In this document: positions 60,243-64,000 of the stretch, in pieces
Layout: the number at the start of each line of letters is the position of its first letter
Numbering within the stretch: the stretch's first letter is position 1
DNA from: Promethearchaeota archaeon
GTDB taxonomy: Archaea > Asgardarchaeota > Lokiarchaeia > Sigyniarchaeales > SOKP01
DNA length: 64,000 nucleotides
Direction of reading: 5' to 3'
Assembly (NCBI GenBank): GCA_011364975.1
Contig: RDOE01000004.1
Location: forward strand, 1-64,000
Translations under genes and position numbers: made by a program
The notes under the pieces: model-generated
Database searches by the model: none
Told to the model about the DNA's origin: nothing
What the model saw: only the letters and a program-made list of their open reading frames with translations

Positions 60243-61565
60243 GTGAAATTTCAAATTAAGTCAAGATCATCAATAGTTGCCATAATAGCACTAATAATTG
60301 GCATATCTGGAGTAGGATTTGGAGTATATTCTACTTTTTTCCAGCACCCATTGGATCAAATCGATGAAAAGGATATTTCAAGCAATATAGTCGTAGGAAT
60401 ACTAGATCCTGACCATGAAGAAACTGTATCAAACACAATTGAAATAAGAGCTATAGTAGCAGGTTCTAATCAATATACAACTTCAGTTTTAAGAAATGGG
60501 ACTCAAATTGGGGCTCAAATTCCACTTCAATGGAACACAAAAACAGTTGTAGATGGATGGTGGAACATCACGGTAATCGCTACTGATGTGCTCTCAGGAA
60601 ATCAAACCCAAGATTATGTTAATGTATTTGTCCTTAATAATCCAGAAGAAAATCATATCTATTATTGTTCCTCACAGCAAGAAATAACTTACGCGCTAAA
60701 CGCGATTTGGTCGGGGGCCGGTACCATCATAATCACAGAAAACATAATACTCAGTAATACGATAACTATCTCTGGTGGCGGAAGTTATATTATACAAGGG
60801 ATCTCTCCAAGTATTACCATCGATTGTAATGGAGATAGAGCCGCTTTTACAATACTTATGACAAAAACATGTTTAATCAAAGACTTAACATTAGATGCGG
60901 CAGATTTAACAACGAGTTTTAGAGGGATTATATATGCTATGGCTCCATCAACTTATATTCAAAACGTACGATTTTTAGGAGATTCTGATAAACTTGGCAC
61001 AGGGATTTACGTCCAAAATGAAGATACTAGAGTCTCTAATTGTTACTTCAATAATTTACAAGAAGGAATATCCGTTTCTTTAATTGCAGAGTATTCATAT
61101 ATTTCTGAGAATACATTTATTAACTGTAGTTCAGCTGCTATAACTATAGCAAGTAAAAGAGTCATTTGCGAAAATAATTGCATAAACTCTTGTTTTAAGG
61201 GAATAATGAATATAGGTGATTTTTGTTCCTTTAGCAATAACATTTTGTATCAATGTGAGGATACTGGAATTTATCTTTATGGTGATTTCAATACTTTTTC
61301 AGGAAATTCAATAACAGGGATTAGTGTAAACCAAACTAAGAATAATTTCGGAATTTTCGTGGTGTCCGGATCTGACTGTAATGTTTTTACGGGGAATACA
61401 ATGACATTATTTACTAATTTAGACCTCACAAATAATGGGTATGGAATGATGATACAAGTTACATGTGGTGAAAATACTGTTGTAGGAAATACAATGCTAT
61501 TTAATGATATTAATTATGCTGATTTTGCTGCTACGACGTTTGAATATGGTAATAATTATATATAA
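60243..61565 (+). CDS. Secreted/membrane-anchored protein with Ig-like domain and right-handed beta-helix (NosD/pectate lyase-like)
   Basis: N-terminal TM/signal, WNTKTVVDGWWNITV.ATD, then repeated N..F.GN.I / GIY motifs. Confidence 0.78.
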   Translation: MKFQIKSRSSIVAIIALIIGISGVGFGVYSTFFQHPLDQIDEKDISSNIVVGILDPDHEETVSNTIEIRAIVAGSNQYTTSVLRNGTQIGAQIPLQWNTKTVVDGWWNITVIATDVLSGNQTQDYVNVFVLNNPEENHIYYCSSQQEITYALNAIWSGAGTIIITENIILSNTITISGGGSYIIQGISPSITIDCNGDRAAFTILMTKTCLIKDLTLDAADLTTSFRGIIYAMAPSTYIQNVRFLGDSDKLGTGIYVQNEDTRVSNCYFNNLQEGISVSLIAEYSYISENTFINCSSAAITIASKRVICENNCINSCFKGIMNIGDFCSFSNNILYQCEDTGIYLYGDFNTFSGNSITGISVNQTKNNFGIFVVSGSDCNVFTGNTMTLFTNLDLTNNGYGMMIQVTCGENTVVGNTMLFNDINYADFAATTFEYGNNYI

Positions 61566-61768
61566 TGAGAATCCAACTGTAAATTATATTTTTTTTTCTC
61601 TATTCTTCTTTTGATATAATCATTTTGTATAAAAATTGAAATAAACTTAAAGAGATTTAAAAAATAAGCTTTCATGCCCTAAAAATTAATCTGATTACAA
61701 TAAAAATATATATTATTCCTTTTTTATTTCTCTAGATTTAAAATACTTAACAAGATCTTTTTGGAATC

Positions 61769-63307
61769 ATGAAATTAAAAATTAAAAAAATTAGTTTTGA
61801 GTCTGGAAATATTAAAAATGTGATTATAAATAGTAAGGATGCTCATGAGCTAGGTCAGAAGGCTGGGGAAAGAGTAATTTTAAAAAATCCTCATTCTAAA
61901 ACCATTGAAGATAAATATTGGGTTTCGATTTTGCAGATAGATCATTCAAATTCCTTGGTTCAACCCGGAGAGATAGGAATATTTAAAGACATTTTTAACG
62001 ATAAGAAATATTTGAAAGAAAATGTCATTCTTTCAATTAAACCAGCGGATCCTCCTGATTCTTTTAAATATATTCAAAGAAAAATCAAAGGGGGTAAACT
62101 TACCACAGAAGAAATTAATAGTATTATTTCAGATGCAGTATCTGGCTCATTATCTCGTATAGATTTAGCAGCCTTTATTACAGCTGTTGCAATTAATGGC
62201 ATGGATAATGAAGAAATGACATCATTAACGTTATCAGAAGCTAGAAGTGGAGAGATCTTTGATTTTGGTCCAGAAGTTTACGATAAGCATTCAACTGGAG
62301 GAGTTCCTGGCAATAAAGTCTCATTACTTATTGTTCCTATAGTCGCAGCTGCAGGATTAACTATTCCAAAATCATCAACAAGGGCAATTACTTCACCCTC
62401 AGGAACAGCAGATTCAATGGAAGTACTTGCACCCATTGCATTCTCTCCTGAAGAGTTAAAAACTATCGTTTCAAAAGAAAAAGCATGTATCATTTGGGGA
62501 GGAGCACTAAACACAGCCCCTGCTGATAACATTTTAATTGAAATTGAACGTCCCTTGCATATGGATCCAATTGGATTAATGATTCCTTCTATACTAACTA
62601 AAAAATTAAGCTTAGGGGTGAAAAAACTAGTTCTCGACATTCCTGTTGGAGAAGGAACTAAGTTCCCCACTCCAGATAATGGAAAGCAATTTGCTTATCT
62701 ATTTAAAGAGATTGCTAAAAATGTTGGTTTAGAGGTCGAATGTGCATTAACTTTAGCCCATCAACCCATCGGTCATGCGATTGGACCAGGTATAGAAGCA
62801 AAAGAAGCACTTAATCTTTTAAAAGACTATTCTGCCGGTCCTAATTCCTTAATTGAGAAATCAACAGATTTAGCCGGTATATTATTGGAAATGGGTGGTA
62901 AAGCTCAAAAGGGAAAAGGACAATCCTTAGCAAAAGAAATATTAAAGTCTGGAAAAGCTTATAAAAAAATGCAAAGGATCATTGAAGCCCAAGGAGGTAA
63001 TCCTGAGATTTCTCCTGAAGATATAAAATTAGGTCCTCATATTAAGGAATTCTATGCGTTAAAAGAAGGGCATATAACTCAAGTAAACAATGCTATAATC
63101 AATCAAATAGCTAAAGCTGCTGGGTGTCCCTTTTCTAAAAGTGCGGGAGTAGAGATTTTTAGGAAACAAGGCGCTCGGATTAAAGAAGGCGAGTTAATAT
63201 TTAAAGTGTATTCTGAAAGTCAAAATAAGATTAAGAAAGCAGAAAAAATCTTTAATGCAACTGGCGGTCCTATAATTTTAGGGGGAATGATGATAGAGAG
63301 AATCTAA
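61769..63307 (+). CDS. deoA: AMP phosphorylase (archaeal thymidine phosphorylase family)
   Basis: DKHSTGGVPGNK, PKSSTRAITSPSGTAD, N-terminal beta-barrel extension. Confidence 0.9.
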   Translation: MKLKIKKISFESGNIKNVIINSKDAHELGQKAGERVILKNPHSKTIEDKYWVSILQIDHSNSLVQPGEIGIFKDIFNDKKYLKENVILSIKPADPPDSFKYIQRKIKGGKLTTEEINSIISDAVSGSLSRIDLAAFITAVAINGMDNEEMTSLTLSEARSGEIFDFGPEVYDKHSTGGVPGNKVSLLIVPIVAAAGLTIPKSSTRAITSPSGTADSMEVLAPIAFSPEELKTIVSKEKACIIWGGALNTAPADNILIEIERPLHMDPIGLMIPSILTKKLSLGVKKLVLDIPVGEGTKFPTPDNGKQFAYLFKEIAKNVGLEVECALTLAHQPIGHAIGPGIEAKEALNLLKDYSAGPNSLIEKSTDLAGILLEMGGKAQKGKGQSLAKEILKSGKAYKKMQRIIEAQGGNPEISPEDIKLGPHIKEFYALKEGHITQVNNAIINQIAKAAGCPFSKSAGVEIFRKQGARIKEGELIFKVYSESQNKIKKAEKIFNATGGPIILGGMMIERI

Positions 63308-63314
63308 ATATATT

Positions 63315-64000
63315 ATGAATTACGAACCGAGAACTAGAGAAATGCCTTTAACTCCAGAAGCAATACTTAACGACTTTAAGAATAATGACTTAGATAAAAC
63401 TTCTACTATTGATTTATTAATTTCATTAATAGAAAATGCTGAAAATATTAAAACAAGACTTGAAAGCATAGAAGTTCTTGAAAAAGTTAACTTTAAGGAC
63501 ACAGTAATCTTTAATATTTTAGAAAATTTACTAATAGCTGATTCTAATGAAGATATTAGATGTCGTGCGGCTGAAGCTCTAAAAAGGCTCTTCCTTGACG
63601 ATAGTATATCCCCTTTAAAATGGGCTCTTCAAAATGAGCGCTCTCTGAAATGTTGCCTTTGTATGTTAAATCTTCTTGGCGACTTAAGTTCGATTAAGGC
63701 AAGGAATATCTTAATTAAAAAAATTCATGAAATTAAAAGGAAAAAATATAGATACAACATTCAAAGTCTTTTGAATGATTCTATTGTAAACAATCTTTCT
63801 AATAGCGAACTCTCTGAAATTCTCATCAATTTTTTTGTAATCTCTTTTCTAAAGGCAAAATTTGGTTACATCAGTTATGAGATAAATGAGAAAGGTTTAA
63901 TTCAGAAATTAGATTTATCAAATATAGATTATCAAGGTTTAGGATTAAATCGCCTAGAAAAAGCATTAGAGTGTATTTTATCGCTGTCGTATTTAAAAGA
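63315..64000 (+). CDS. HEAT-repeat + leucine-rich-repeat protein, 3'-truncated (not in ORF track)
   Basis: Open from ATG 63315 (or 63342) to the window end. LENLLIADSNEDIRCRAAEAL (HEAT-like), then IQKLDLSN (LRR start). Confidence 0.7.
   Translation, partial: MNYEPRTREMPLTPEAILNDFKNNDLDKTSTIDLLISLIENAENIKTRLESIEVLEKVNFKDTVIFNILENLLIADSNEDIRCRAAEALKRLFLDDSISPLKWALQNERSLKCCLCMLNLLGDLSSIKARNILIKKIHEIKRKKYRYNIQSLLNDSIVNNLSNSELSEILINFFVISFLKAKFGYISYEINEKGLIQKLDLSNIDYQGLGLNRLEKALECILSLSYLK

Noticed and set aside
1355-63502. Numerous 60-130 aa ORFs antisense to or overlapping long genes (e.g. 9804..10106, 37289..37660, 49777..50121, 62278..62670, 63320..63502)
   Set aside because: Shadow ORFs of well-supported genes, with no motifs of their own.
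1-64000. rRNA, tRNA, CRISPR arrays, IS elements or integrases
   Set aside because: No GC-rich structured RNA stretch, repeat-spacer array, transposase or terminal inverted repeats seen by eye. tRNAscan/Infernal were not run.

Overview
AT-rich (roughly 30% GC by eye) archaeal chromosomal window, very probably Asgard/Lokiarchaeia. The evidence is TPR and HEAT-LRR proteins, a giant surface protein with a cytoplasmic longin/roadblock-like tail, UGA-recoded selenoproteins with a eukaryote-type SECIS, and eukaryotic-signature genes. Most of the window is anaerobic metabolism and housekeeping: lsrF, sdaAB/sdaAA, a 2-oxoacid:ferredoxin oxidoreductase operon ending in an FrhB-PyrK fusion, LutA/LutB-like, split UxaA, AOR, ridA, hisS, GltD/NfnB-like, pyrF and AMP phosphorylase. 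The standout is a co-oriented cluster at 53236-59991 that looks like a prokaryotic UFMylation system: Cdc48-N-like/Zn-ribbon protein, UBA5-like E1, JAB/MPN+ protease, UFM1-like modifier ending in VG, and UFC1-like E2, followed by an ESCRT-II (Vps22/36)-like winged-helix protein and an SPFH protein. The second highlight is an hdrA-mvhD selenoprotein operon with four in-frame UGA codons (fragmented or missed by the ORF track) and one AUGA/AA/GA SECIS hairpin downstream. All family assignments come from motif recognition and reference sequences recalled from memory; no searches were run.
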